Shown: piece after piece, positions 20,247 to 29,441 of the stretch
Layout: each line of letters opens with the position of its first letter
Numbering within the stretch: position 1 is the first letter of the stretch
NCBI GenBank assembly: GCA_963662545.2
Contig: CAXXLL010000003.1
Span: forward strand, 1,920,001 to 1,984,000
Direction of reading: 5' to 3'
DNA length: 64,000 bases
Source: Gammaproteobacteria bacterium
Lineage (GTDB): Bacteria; Pseudomonadota; Gammaproteobacteria; Ga0077536
The notes under the pieces: model-generated
Told to the model about the DNA's origin: nothing
Database searches by the model: none
The model's input: only the letters and a program-made list of their open reading frames with translations
Position numbers and translations under genes: made by a program

Positions 20247-20636
20247 CTAGCCCGCGGTTCCATAGCCGCATACACCGGCGCTATGCAGAGGTTGCACTTT
20301 TTGCAATGCCGAAAGCAAAATCGCTTGACTCGCGGGTGCAGCGTCGTTGAAGGATCCAAGTGCCGGGGTTCCATCCGTAGAACTTCTAGCGATATCAGCG
20401 CTCTGTTCCACCAGGTCAGCAAGCGCGGCGAACTCTTCGGCAGTTAGAACCCTAGCGTATTCTGGAGCCATACAATGACAAGAGTCTTTCGCGACCTGTG
20501 TCGCAGCGACGCTAACGCAAGCTCGTATGTAGCGATCCGAAGGAGATTCCGCGCACGCACTTATGTACAGCGTTAGCGTCAAGATCAAACCGAAGATAAA
20601 AAGTGCATTGAGAGATTTTGAGAGATGATGGAACAT
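20247..20636 (-). CDS. Putative lipoprotein in inverted orientation within its cassette
   Basis: Hydrophobic leader ending ISAC; C..C.C pattern. Confidence 0.6.
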   Translation of the reverse strand: MFHHLSKSLNALFIFGLILTLTLYISACAESPSDRYIRACVSVAATQVAKDSCHCMAPEYARVLTAEEFAALADLVEQSADIARSSTDGTPALGSFNDAAPASQAILLSALQKVQPLHSAGVCGYGTAG

Positions 20637-20745
20637 AGGTGCCTCGCGAAGCTGGCGATTAGGAGCCTTTTCGTGACAATTTTCGTGCAGCGTATATAAG
20701 AATGCCACAAACCTTAGAAAAGGCAGAAACGCCTAACAAGGCGTT

Positions 20746-22082
20746 CTCAAGGATCCCCACGAATTAGGCATACTGAGCTTCGCAGATAACGAGTTGTTGT
20801 AACGTGATGAATGCGTCCTGGAGATCATGGCGAGATAGTTTGAATCGATGACTTCGCCAGAGTTCTTGTCCCAGGAAAGGAATGGATAGCACGGTTCGTT
20901 TGCGTTCGGTATTCGCCTGAAAATGCCGTGTCCACTGATTAGCTTTCGCTGCGAGCCCACACAACCACAGCAGCAGGGTTGCGAGCAGCGCGATGAGAAG
21001 CAGTACTTCAAGGCGCTGAGTATTCCTCGACCACGCATAGCGCAAACCGAAACCCCAGCGGTGGTTTTTGAGGTCTCTGAAAGCCTCTTCAATCTGCATG
21101 CGTTGTTGGTAAGCACGCACGACGGCCTTAGCGCTGTTTCGAGTATGCGGGAGAGAGGTTGCGAGCAGCCACGGTGAACGATGTAATCGACGGTAGAGCG
21201 CATCATTGGAGCCGTAACTTTTGCGCTGGGCATGTCGTCCGGTACGCGGCAGATAAGCCCGGAGCAGATATAAGCGACAGCGGTAACGGTGGCGTTTGGA
21301 GAGCAACCGCTCACCGATATGCCGAACCTTTGGTGTCGCCTGCGGGTAGAGTGAATGCACGTAACACCACCGCCCGGTCTCGGGTTTGAAGTACTTGATA
21401 GTGTTTCGGATACGGCCGATCCAATCCCACCCCAGGGCTTCGACCTGGCGGAACCAGGGTCCCCGGAAACCCGCATCGGTGACGACGACAGGGATGACGT
21501 TCTCGGGGACGATGTGGTGAAGCGCCTTCAAGAAGGCGCGATGGGTTTTGGGGCTGTTATAGCGACTGAGGGGGTGGACTTCCTCATACACCGTAATTGC
21601 ACGACCGCCGGCGGGCACGGCGGCTCTGAGGATGAGCATTTCACGGTCGAGTTCGCAGTCTGCCCAATCAACGACTATCAGTGGGCGCCGCACGGTGGAT
21701 AAGAGTGTCCGTGCAAAGGCCGCATAGAGTCCTCGACGTTCACGATGCAGATGGCGATTACCGAGCAGACGGTCGACGGCTTTGATGTGGTGTTTGACGA
21801 AGGCCGAACCCGATCGATGACGTCCCAAATGGGTTAAGGCCAGTTTGCCACCATCAAGCAGGGCGCCAACAACCCGAAGTGTGGCATCGAGCCGAGCCCG
21901 ATGCCCAATGACGCCATTGCACTCGCACCATTTTTTTAACAAGCTAATGCCGTGCATGCTGCTGCTCCTGATTGAAGTGATTGTGTGGTAACGACCATTA
22001 GATCAGGCAGCAGCAGGCACGTCGATCATCTAAAGGATTGAATTCGCTTCATGAAAAGTCCCAATTCGTGGGGATACCTCAG
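20746..22082 (-). mobile_element. IS4-family (IS10-like) element
   Basis: TIR CTCAAGGATCCCCACGAATT / AATTCGTGGGGATACCTCAG; 9-bp TSD CAAGGCGTT. Confidence 0.95.
20764..21957 (-). CDS. IS4/IS10 transposase
   Basis: IVVDWA, TDAGF, Y..RMQIEE.FRDLK. Confidence 0.95.
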   Translation of the reverse strand: MHGISLLKKWCECNGVIGHRARLDATLRVVGALLDGGKLALTHLGRHRSGSAFVKHHIKAVDRLLGNRHLHRERRGLYAAFARTLLSTVRRPLIVVDWADCELDREMLILRAAVPAGGRAITVYEEVHPLSRYNSPKTHRAFLKALHHIVPENVIPVVVTDAGFRGPWFRQVEALGWDWIGRIRNTIKYFKPETGRWCYVHSLYPQATPKVRHIGERLLSKRHRYRCRLYLLRAYLPRTGRHAQRKSYGSNDALYRRLHRSPWLLATSLPHTRNSAKAVVRAYQQRMQIEEAFRDLKNHRWGFGLRYAWSRNTQRLEVLLLIALLATLLLWLCGLAAKANQWTRHFQANTERKRTVLSIPFLGQELWRSHRFKLSRHDLQDAFITLQQLVICEAQYA

Positions 22083-22101
22083 CAAGGCGTTGCAGCGGAC
22101 A

Positions 22102-23357
22102 TGATAGTTCCTACGGTTTAGTGAACACCCTGACCTAACCAGTCAGGAGTGTTCAAAATGCCAAAACCAGGTCCCAGAACGACTTACAAATACAGCGAAC
22201 ATTTCAAAGCGACTGCGGTTCGTCTGAGCAATGTGTCAGGCGTAGAAGTGCAAGATGTCGCCGCGTCCCTTTACATCCATCCGTTCATGTTGTCTCGTTG
22301 GCGTAAGGAAGCTCGCGAGGGATTCATGATGTCTAAGGGTGTTGAGTTGGATAAGGAAGTCGTGGCTGAGTTGAAAGCACTGCGCAAGGTTAAGAAGGAT
22401 TATGAGCGGCTAAAGGTCGAGCATGACCTTTTAAAAAAAGCGATCGAGTTCACTTCGAAGCGAAAAGCGATGTCTTCGCGTTCATCGAGCACCAAGCCAA
22501 AGAAGGGGTCGCGGTAACGACGATGTGTGCACTGTATGAAGTGAGCACCAGTGGTTTCTACGCCTAGCGGCAGCGTCCAAAGAGCTGTCGTGCGGTAGAG
22601 AATGAACGGTTATTGGTCGAGATCCGCCAAGCCCACGCGGCGAGTTTGAAGACGTATGGGAGTCCTCGGATCCACGAGCGGCTAATACAAAATGGCGAAA
22701 CAGTGGGCCGCCGTCGAATTGAGCGCTTGATGCGAGAAAACGGTATACGTGGGTGTTCAGCCGACCAGTATCGACGTACGCCAGGGTTAAACCGATTCTT
22801 TGGCACGATTGATAACCGCGTTCACGCAATGACGGTGACCCGCCCCGATCAGGTGTGGGTTTCGGATGTCACGTATGTGAAGGTCAAGGGTGTGTGGCGA
22901 TACCTGGCGGCAGTGATAGATCGTTACTCTCGTCGGCTGTTGGGATGGGCGCTCGGTCATGAGAAGACGGCGGGTTTGACGCGTCGGGCATTGAGAAATG
23001 CGTTACGGCTGCGGCGGCCCCCACAGGGGACGATATTCCACAGTGATCGGGGCGCCGAATATGTAGCGAGTGGGATGCAGGATGCGCTGAGAGGAGCTGC
23101 CATGGTGCCGAGCATGAATCGCCGACGCCGGATGACGGACAATGCGCACATGGAATCATGGAACAAGACGATGAAATCAGATATGTATCATCGTCGGGTG
23201 TTCACGAGCGACAAACAGCTACGTGATGCGGTTCGTTCATACGTCGACTTCTACAACCGGGTGCGGCTACACTCGGCCTTGGGATATGTCTCGCCGATGG
23301 AATTCTAAGCCGCATGTACCTAACTAAAGGGTGTCCACTTTTTCGTAGGAACTCCCC
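22102..23357 (+). mobile_element. IS3-family element, copy 2 (diverged; orfB has nonsense codons)
   Basis: Same TIRs as 398-1654; TAG near 22565 and an early TAA at 23306. Confidence 0.9.
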
Positions 23358-23453
23358 GTGTTACAGCGCGCTTCTTTGGGCCGGCTTTGTATTTTCGTTC
23401 CTAACAAGCGCGCTGTAACGCGCCGGTTATCCTAGCGTTGGGCGACTAAAACG

Positions 23454-23482
23454 TTGCGTGATGCGCAACACGCGACTATAAT
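23454..23482 (+). promoter_or_regulatory. Sigma70 promoter of the higBA cassette, with an operator-like palindrome
   Basis: TTGCGT-17 bp-TATAAT; overlapping GTTGCG..CGCAAC. Confidence 0.6.
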
Positions 23483-23488
23483 TATTAT

Positions 23489-23767
23489 GTGATCAGGAGC
23501 ATTCGCCACCGAGGCCTTAAGAATTTCTACGAGACAGGATCAAAAGCTGGTATCCAAACGTCTCAGATAAATCGTTTGAGAATGCTTCTAGCGGCACTTG
23601 ATACTGCACAACAGATCAATGATATGGATGTCCCAGGATTCGGGCCGCATACCCTAAAACGTAAGCTTAAAGGCCGCTGGTCAGTCGTCGTAGGTGGGAA
23701 TTGGAGGCTTACATTTGAGTTTCGAGATGGAGACGTCTATTTGTTAGGTTATGAGGACTATCACTAA
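23489..23767 (+). CDS. higB: HigB-family toxin
   Basis: IRSIRHRGLK.FY..G..WSV.VGGNWRLTF..DYH. Confidence 0.9.
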   Translation: MIRSIRHRGLKNFYETGSKAGIQTSQINRLRMLLAALDTAQQINDMDVPGFGPHTLKRKLKGRWSVVVGGNWRLTFEFRDGDVYLLGYEDYH

Positions 23768-24057
23768 TGGCTATGCATAACCCTCCTCACCCTGGAGAAT
23801 TTATTCGCGAGATCTATTTGGCACCGTATGATCTGAGCATTCGGAGTCTTGCTGAAAGTCTTGGGGTATCCGCCTCTACACTTGCCCGTGTAATTAGTGG
23901 CCAAAGTGGTATTAGTCCGGAAATGGCATTGCGTTTGTCGAAAGCCATCGGCCGGTCACCCGAGAGTTGGCTGGCTATGCAGCACAACTATGATCTTTGG
24001 CAAGCCCGAAAGGCTCTCGACCTTTCGCATGTCACCTCTATCGAATTTGCCGCGTAG
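23767..24057 (+). CDS. higA: HigA-family antitoxin
   Basis: HNPPHPGE..ISPEMALRL..SPESWLAMQ. Confidence 0.9.
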   Translation: MAMHNPPHPGEFIREIYLAPYDLSIRSLAESLGVSASTLARVISGQSGISPEMALRLSKAIGRSPESWLAMQHNYDLWQARKALDLSHVTSIEFAA

Positions 24058-24081
24058 ATGTCAACGTGAAATGCAATATTC

Positions 24082-24191
24082 GCCTAACAAATGGATCAGC
24101 CGGACGTGTTACAGCGCGCTCCTTTAGGTCGGCTCCGCATTTTCGCCCAAAAGAAGCGCGCTGTAACACGCCGGTCATCCCAGCGTTAAGT
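24082..24191 (+). repeat. attC
   Basis: GCCTAAC...GTTAAGT. Confidence 0.9.
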
Positions 24192-24218
24192 GTATTGAGA
24201 TCAAACCAAGGACATAAA

Positions 24219-24455
24219 GTGAAAACAATTAGTTGCAAACAACTAGGCGGCGCGTGCGATAAAGAGTTCCAGGCTGATTCTTTCGATGAAATCGCAGAAA
24301 TGAGCAAACAACATGGAAAAGAAATGTTTGAAAGAAATGATGAAGCTCACTTGAAAGCGATGAACGAAATGCGAGAACTCATGCAAAAGCCAGAAGCGAT
24401 GAAGGAATGGTTCGAGAATAAGAAAAAGGAGTTTGATGCGTTACCAGAAGATTAG
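24219..24455 (+). CDS. DUF1059-like small metal-binding protein
   Basis: KTISCKQLGGACD...H..E. Confidence 0.75.
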   Translation: MKTISCKQLGGACDKEFQADSFDEIAEMSKQHGKEMFERNDEAHLKAMNEMRELMQKPEAMKEWFENKKKEFDALPED

Positions 24456-24518
24456 ATGAGTGAGGGCATCAAACCATCCCATACAGATTCCAGAGAACTC
24501 CCAAACTATGAGAAATAC

Positions 24519-24629
24519 ACATAACAAGGCGCTCCAGCCGACAGCTTCCAGCGGGCTTTTCTTACGCAGCGTCCGCATTTTCGCTTCAGAAAAGCCCGCT
24601 GTAAGGCGCGGCTGAGCTTTGCGTTAGAT
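24519..24629 (+). repeat. attC (divergent family)
   Basis: ACATAAC...GTTAGAT; stem CAGCGGGCTTTTCT/AGAAAAGCCCGCTG. Confidence 0.85.
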
Positions 24630-24644
24630 GTACGAGAATTCGTT

Positions 24645-25109
24645 ATGAATTGGGACGCGACTGGAGCAATCGCCGACATAATCGGAGCAGCTGCGGTGGT
24701 AATAACGCTGGCATATTTGGCCGTGCAGATCCGTCAAAATACCAAAGCCGTGCGAGCATCCGCGCTCGACGCTAGCATCACTTCTTTTAACGGGGATCGA
24801 AGATCGATATACGAAAGCTCGGAACTTACACAAATATATATCCGAGGCATGGAAAACCACGAAAATCTTAGCGAGGATGAAATTCTCAGATTTCGACTAT
24901 TGATGCACAACAATATCTGGTGCGTTTGGAACATATATTCGCAAACTGAATTCGCTGGTCTTTCGCGTGGTACTTGGGAGGCGCAGAAGTCTCTTATCGT
25001 TCGAACTCTATCGGCCCCGGGCGGGGCTTGGTTTTGGCGAACATACAAGCACGAATTTGAAGGGTCATTTGAAAAGGAAATTGACCGAGTCCTACATGAA
25101 TCCACGTAG
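24645..25109 (+). CDS. MxW-family cassette protein
   Basis: MNWDATGAIAD..YLAVQIRQN..PGGAWFW. Confidence 0.8.
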   Translation: MNWDATGAIADIIGAAAVVITLAYLAVQIRQNTKAVRASALDASITSFNGDRRSIYESSELTQIYIRGMENHENLSEDEILRFRLLMHNNIWCVWNIYSQTEFAGLSRGTWEAQKSLIVRTLSAPGGAWFWRTYKHEFEGSFEKEIDRVLHEST

Positions 25110-25133
25110 ATTCACGACTGAAGCGGAACATCC

Positions 25134-25166
25134 GCCTAACAAATACATCAACCGGACGTGTTACAG
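25134..25166 (+). repeat. attC, left arm only
   Basis: GCCTAAC...CCGGACGTGTTACAG followed by unrelated DNA. Confidence 0.8.
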
Positions 25167-25180
25167 GTGATCCCTACCTT

Positions 25181-25615
25181 CTAAGCGGGCGGCTTCATGT
25201 CCTCGGGCGCAACGTCACGGACGTGCTGGCCGAAGTACCAGTGATGCCCTTCTGGATCCTCGGCGCCGTAGCGTCGGTCGCCGTAAAACTGGTCCTGGGG
25301 TTCTTCGAGAATCGTCGCCCCCGCCCCCTTGGCGTGTTCGAAATGCTTGTCCACGTCGTCAACGTAGACGTAGAGTTGCTGAGTGACATGGCCGATTCGC
25401 TTGGGGTTCTGGTATTCCCGGCTGGGGCATCCGATCATGATGACCCCGTCGGCTAGCTCCATCTCCGCATGGTTGATCTTTCCGTCAGGCCCAGGAAGCC
25501 GCATGCGCTCCCGGAAGCCGGAGGCCTTGGCGAGCCAGTCCAGAGCGCTGGCAACGTCTTCATACAGGAGGTAAGGCGTGATGCGGGGCATGTTCTCCGG
25601 GGGATTCGCGGGCAT
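25181..25615 (-). CDS. VOC/glyoxalase (PhnB-like) protein, inverted cassette
   Basis: ITPYL..HAEM..YGDR....DPEGHHW. Confidence 0.9.
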   Translation of the reverse strand: MPANPPENMPRITPYLLYEDVASALDWLAKASGFRERMRLPGPDGKINHAEMELADGVIMIGCPSREYQNPKRIGHVTQQLYVYVDDVDKHFEHAKGAGATILEEPQDQFYGDRRYGAEDPEGHHWYFGQHVRDVAPEDMKPPA

Positions 25616-25680
25616 CAGATGTCCTCCTCGTGCGTCGGTCCGATACGTTTATCGTAACATCGGCCCCAGGGTCGCGCGCC

Positions 25681-25815
25681 ACCCAACAAGGGCATGCAGC
25701 TGACCGCCAACAGCGCGTTCCAATCGAGGTTTGGTAGCCTACGGGCATCAACCTTGGGTGCCTCAGCCACCGTCGGCGGCTTGTTGGCGGCAGCTGATGC
25801 CCATGTCCGTTAGGT
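25681..25815 (+). repeat. attC (foreign type, 135 bp)
   Basis: ACCCAAC...GTTAGGT; GGGCATGCAGCTG/CAGCTGATGCCC stem. Confidence 0.85.
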
Positions 25816-25831
25816 GGCAGCGGAGGTGGTG

Positions 25832-26455
25832 ATGGATCAGTCAGCTAAGCTTTGGGACAAAATAGCAGAACGCTATTCGAAACGACCTATCGCTGATGAA
25901 GCGGGTTACCAAAAAAAACTGCAGGTCACACGTGAATATTTTCGGTCGGACATGGAGGTATTGGAGTTTGGCTGCGGGACAGGGTCGACAGCCATCGCCC
26001 ATGCGCCTTATGTGAAGCATATTCAAGCGATTGATATCTCATCGAAAATGATTGAGATCGCCCGAGGCAAAGCTGACGCAAACAAAATCGAAAATGTCAC
26101 ATTTAGGCGCTCGACCATCGATGAATTGAGCATGAACGATCAAACCTTGGATGCAGTGTTGGGGCTCAGTATTTTGCACTTGCTGGACAACAAGGAAAAG
26201 GTAATCGCCAGGATTCACAAAATACTCAAACCGGGCGGCATTTTCGTCACAAGCACGGCGTGCATTGGAGATGCGATGAAGTTTTTTAAGATTGTCGCGC
26301 CGATTGGAAAATTCTTAGGTTTGATGTCGTTGGTCAAGGTCTTTACCACAAGAGAGTTGGAAGACAGTTTTACCGATGCCGGTTTTGAGATTGACTACCA
26401 ATCGCAACCGGGTAAAAACAAAGCAGTGTTTATAGTGGCGAAGAAGGTCGAGTAG
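25832..26455 (+). CDS. Class I SAM-dependent methyltransferase
   Basis: VLEFGCGTG, IDIS, LKPGG. Confidence 0.9.
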   Translation: MDQSAKLWDKIAERYSKRPIADEAGYQKKLQVTREYFRSDMEVLEFGCGTGSTAIAHAPYVKHIQAIDISSKMIEIARGKADANKIENVTFRRSTIDELSMNDQTLDAVLGLSILHLLDNKEKVIARIHKILKPGGIFVTSTACIGDAMKFFKIVAPIGKFLGLMSLVKVFTTRELEDSFTDAGFEIDYQSQPGKNKAVFIVAKKVE

Positions 26456-26503
26456 GAGCGATTAACTCCATATGCGGACATTGTGTTTACTTTAAAGAGT
26501 GCC

Positions 26504-26575
26504 ACCTAACAAATCGCTGCACGTGACGCCAAAACGCTTCGCGTTAATGTCGCAGGTGAGCTCAAGCCGTTAGGC
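26504..26575 (+). repeat. attC (short, 72 bp)
   Basis: ACCTAAC...GTTAGGC. Confidence 0.8.
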
Positions 26576-26642
26576 GGCAATAAGAATTAGGCACTCACCT
26601 ACATTTAGCTAATCATACAATCCGAACCAGGGAGATCTCATT

Positions 26643-27077
26643 ATGGATATGGCGGAATTGGAACAGCGAATCACCCGACTCGAAGACATTGAGGCTATAA
26701 AGCAGCTCAAAGCTCTGTATTGCGAAATCTGCGACGACATGCACAACCCCGACAGAATCGCTTCGGTTTTTGCCGAAGATGCCATCTGGGAAAGCGCCGA
26801 TTTTGGCAAAGCCCAGGGCCATGACGCCATTCGCGAACTATTTCGTGGCTTCCAGAAGATGTTCAGTTTTTCTCAGCACAACATCATGAATCCGAGAATC
26901 GAAGTCAACGGGGACCGCGCTACAGGTATTTGGTACATCATGGGTCCATGGACGCATTCCGAAAATAACAGAGAGATCTGGATGACCGCGAGATATGACG
27001 ACGACTACGTGAAAATAGATGGCGAATGGAAATACCAACATTTAAGGGCAGCCGTTCGAATGATTGCCGATCGATGA
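26643..27077 (+). CDS. SnoaL/NTF2-like (LinA/BaiE-like) protein
   Basis: EDIEAIKQLKALYC..D..H...NP.I..Y.DDY.K.DGEW. Confidence 0.85.
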   Translation: MDMAELEQRITRLEDIEAIKQLKALYCEICDDMHNPDRIASVFAEDAIWESADFGKAQGHDAIRELFRGFQKMFSFSQHNIMNPRIEVNGDRATGIWYIMGPWTHSENNREIWMTARYDDDYVKIDGEWKYQHLRAAVRMIADR

Positions 27078-27096
27078 GATGGCTACGGTAATAGAG

Positions 27097-27127
27097 GCCA
27101 AACACGCCGGTTATCCTAGCGTTAGGT
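27097..27127 (+). repeat. attC remnant (right arm)
   Basis: GCCAAACACGCCGGTTATCCTAGCGTTAGGT. Confidence 0.75.
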
Positions 27128-27173
27128 CGCAGACCTTGATCATACTAAATACGGTATATGTACTTTATATAGT

Positions 27174-27455
27174 ATGTGGATAGTTTATGAGCATCGGCGG
27201 ATCAACAGAGCGGTAAAGTCCACCCCCGATGAAGTCCTGAAACGATATGAAAAATGGAAAGACATTTTAACGTTGTCAAGGCCGAAGGGACTTCGCCAAA
27301 TCAAGGGATTTCGAGACGAAGCTCTCAGCGGTGAATGGAAAGGCCATCGATCGTCAAGGCTCGGCCTTCAATACCGAGTCATATATAGGGTCGAAGCAGG
27401 TTCGGTGTTGGTATTTGTAATCGATCCGGTCGCCCACGATTACCGGAAGAAATGA
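27174..27455 (+). CDS. RelE-superfamily toxin
   Basis: DEALSGEWKGHRSSRL...YRVIY..HDY. Confidence 0.85.
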   Translation: MWIVYEHRRINRAVKSTPDEVLKRYEKWKDILTLSRPKGLRQIKGFRDEALSGEWKGHRSSRLGLQYRVIYRVEAGSVLVFVIDPVAHDYRKK

Positions 27456-27456
27456 T

Positions 27457-27714
27457 ATGAAAGATTTCAAACGTGCAAAACGTCGGATTGAAGTGAGTGT
27501 AGGTGAGTCAGTGCGAATCCTCCGCGAGCTACAGAAAATGAGCCAAAACGAACTGTCCGCCGCGTGCGGTATTCCGCAGTCGACCATTTCGGCGATAGAG
27601 AACGATCGGATAAACCTAGGCGTTGAGCGTGCAAAACAGTTGGCACACGCCTTAAAGTGTCATCCGGCAATACTGGTATTTCCAGGATGGCAAATTGACG
27701 ATTATGCGGCTTAG
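27457..27714 (+). CDS. XRE HTH antitoxin
   Basis: LRELQKMSQNELS..GIPQSTISAIEN. Confidence 0.9.
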   Translation: MKDFKRAKRRIEVSVGESVRILRELQKMSQNELSAACGIPQSTISAIENDRINLGVERAKQLAHALKCHPAILVFPGWQIDDYAA

Positions 27715-27725
27715 ATTTCCTAGCA

Positions 27726-29424
27726 AGTGTCCGTCCATAAACAGGCATTTTCTTCGATGGGCACGGAGAAATCGAGGTGTTGAAAGTAGGTTGTTGGAGC
27801 GGTAGCGGCGGTTCGGTGGGGGTCGAAGGGCTCTTCGAGCGTAATTGTGAGTACGTTCGCCGGCCGCAGAGCGCTGCAACCCAAAGTCGCCCGTTCGACG
27901 ATATCGAGGAGGTCAGTTAGTGCGAGTGAACGTCGCTATTCGAGTTGATAGCGCGCGAGCAGGCTGAGGTTGTAGGCGACCACAGAAGACCACACGTAGG
28001 CTTCGAAGTGCGGCAGGCTCTTCCAGGTGCAACGTGCCAATCCGTATGCACGCTTCAGGCAGGAGATACCGGCCTCGATGCCGGCGCGGAAGTTGCGCAA
28101 GCGTCGATAGACCCACTGACTCTTGACCATGTCGGCGATCGCGAGCCCGCGCTTCTTGTGGAAGGCAACGTCTTCGATGCCTTCTGCTTTCGCCGCCCGG
28201 AGATTGTCGAGGCTCGCATAGCCGCCATCGGCGGCGACCTGTCGTGGCATCGTCCCGTAGTGTGTTCGATGCCGTTCGAGCATCGGCATGAAGCGCTGAC
28301 TATCGACCGGATTGCCTCGCTCGATGACCACGTCGAGGATGAGGCCACTGCGCCCCGAAGCCAGATTGATTTTGTGTCCGTACTGAACGTCGCGCGCACC
28401 CTTTATGATGATGTCGGTATGCGGCTCGAACAAGCTCACGCACTTCTCGCTCGCGGGGACCTTCTCACCGCCGAACACCCGCCGCTCAGTTTGCGAAATC
28501 ACCTGCAGAACAAGTGTTTCGTAGTGCGCTACCTGCGCTAGCCAGTCCGGCAGTTCAACGCCGGTGACGCCCGGGCTCAGCAGCTGCTCACGTACCCTCG
28601 CTACCGCTTCCAAGGTTGAACGCGTCGCCCCAATCAAATCGCGATACAGACGTTGGCGTTGCTTCGCACCACGCGCATACCACAGCGCCCGCGCACGCTT
28701 CTTCGCCAATCGAGTGTGGTTCACGAAGCACAACTCCGGCGCGCCAGGCAACTCGCGCGCCTGTGCGAGCAGACGAACCACAACACGCACGCCATCCCAC
28801 AGCAGATGACTGTCGCTCGGCGCGTGGATGGCACTGTCCGTTACCGTGCTATCAATCCGTACACGCTGTGCCGGCTCAATGCGCGTCTCTTTCGCCGTCG
28901 CCAGCAGGGCGCGATGAATAGACTCCCACGTCGATACCTGGATCGCCGAGACCACCCGCTGTAAGGCAGACTTCTTCGGACGTTCATTACCCGGCAACCG
29001 GGCGAAGGCCTGAAAGCTCGCCGAGTCCTGCAGGTGAAAGGCCAGCTCCTCGTAACTCAATTGCCGGTGCTGCTTGAGCACCGCGCAGCGCAGCACCGAC
29101 TCCGCCGACAGTCCGCGTCGACCGGTGGGCTTCAAACCCCGCCGACACAGATCGTTCATGACCGGCGTGAGGACCTTGGGGTGAGCATCGAGCCACTCGG
29201 ACATGCCCTGCAGCTCTCGCCCCAGGTCATGGTCAGCAAACAGCTCGTATATACTCGCTTGGGCCGTGCGTTTCTGACGCATTCCCCCTCCTGTGGTGTC
29301 GATGATTGTGTGGAAAATCAGAGGTTTGAAGTTCCATTAGATCACGACCCACCGGAGGTTTCGATCCCTTAAGCGACAAATTTTCCTTTTTATTTCAACC
29401 GCATCGCGTTTAGGGATGCACACT
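27726..29424 (-). mobile_element. ISNCY/IS5-like element, copy 2
   Basis: Same 1699-bp length and identical translated transposase as copy 1; TSD AGCA. Confidence 0.9.
27936..29282 (-). CDS. DDE transposase
   Basis: Identical protein to 18738-20084. Confidence 0.9.
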   Translation of the reverse strand: MRQKRTAQASIYELFADHDLGRELQGMSEWLDAHPKVLTPVMNDLCRRGLKPTGRRGLSAESVLRCAVLKQHRQLSYEELAFHLQDSASFQAFARLPGNERPKKSALQRVVSAIQVSTWESIHRALLATAKETRIEPAQRVRIDSTVTDSAIHAPSDSHLLWDGVRVVVRLLAQARELPGAPELCFVNHTRLAKKRARALWYARGAKQRQRLYRDLIGATRSTLEAVARVREQLLSPGVTGVELPDWLAQVAHYETLVLQVISQTERRVFGGEKVPASEKCVSLFEPHTDIIIKGARDVQYGHKINLASGRSGLILDVVIERGNPVDSQRFMPMLERHRTHYGTMPRQVAADGGYASLDNLRAAKAEGIEDVAFHKKRGLAIADMVKSQWVYRRLRNFRAGIEAGISCLKRAYGLARCTWKSLPHFEAYVWSSVVAYNLSLLARYQLE

Positions 29425-29441
29425 AGCAAAGTGCAACGTCG

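Larger units (their letters stand above)
20731..23443 (+). repeat. Hybrid attC interrupted by IS4 and IS3
   Basis: GCCTAACAAGGCGTT|IS4|GCAGCGGACA|IS3|GTGTTACAGC...GTTGGGC. Confidence 0.85.
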
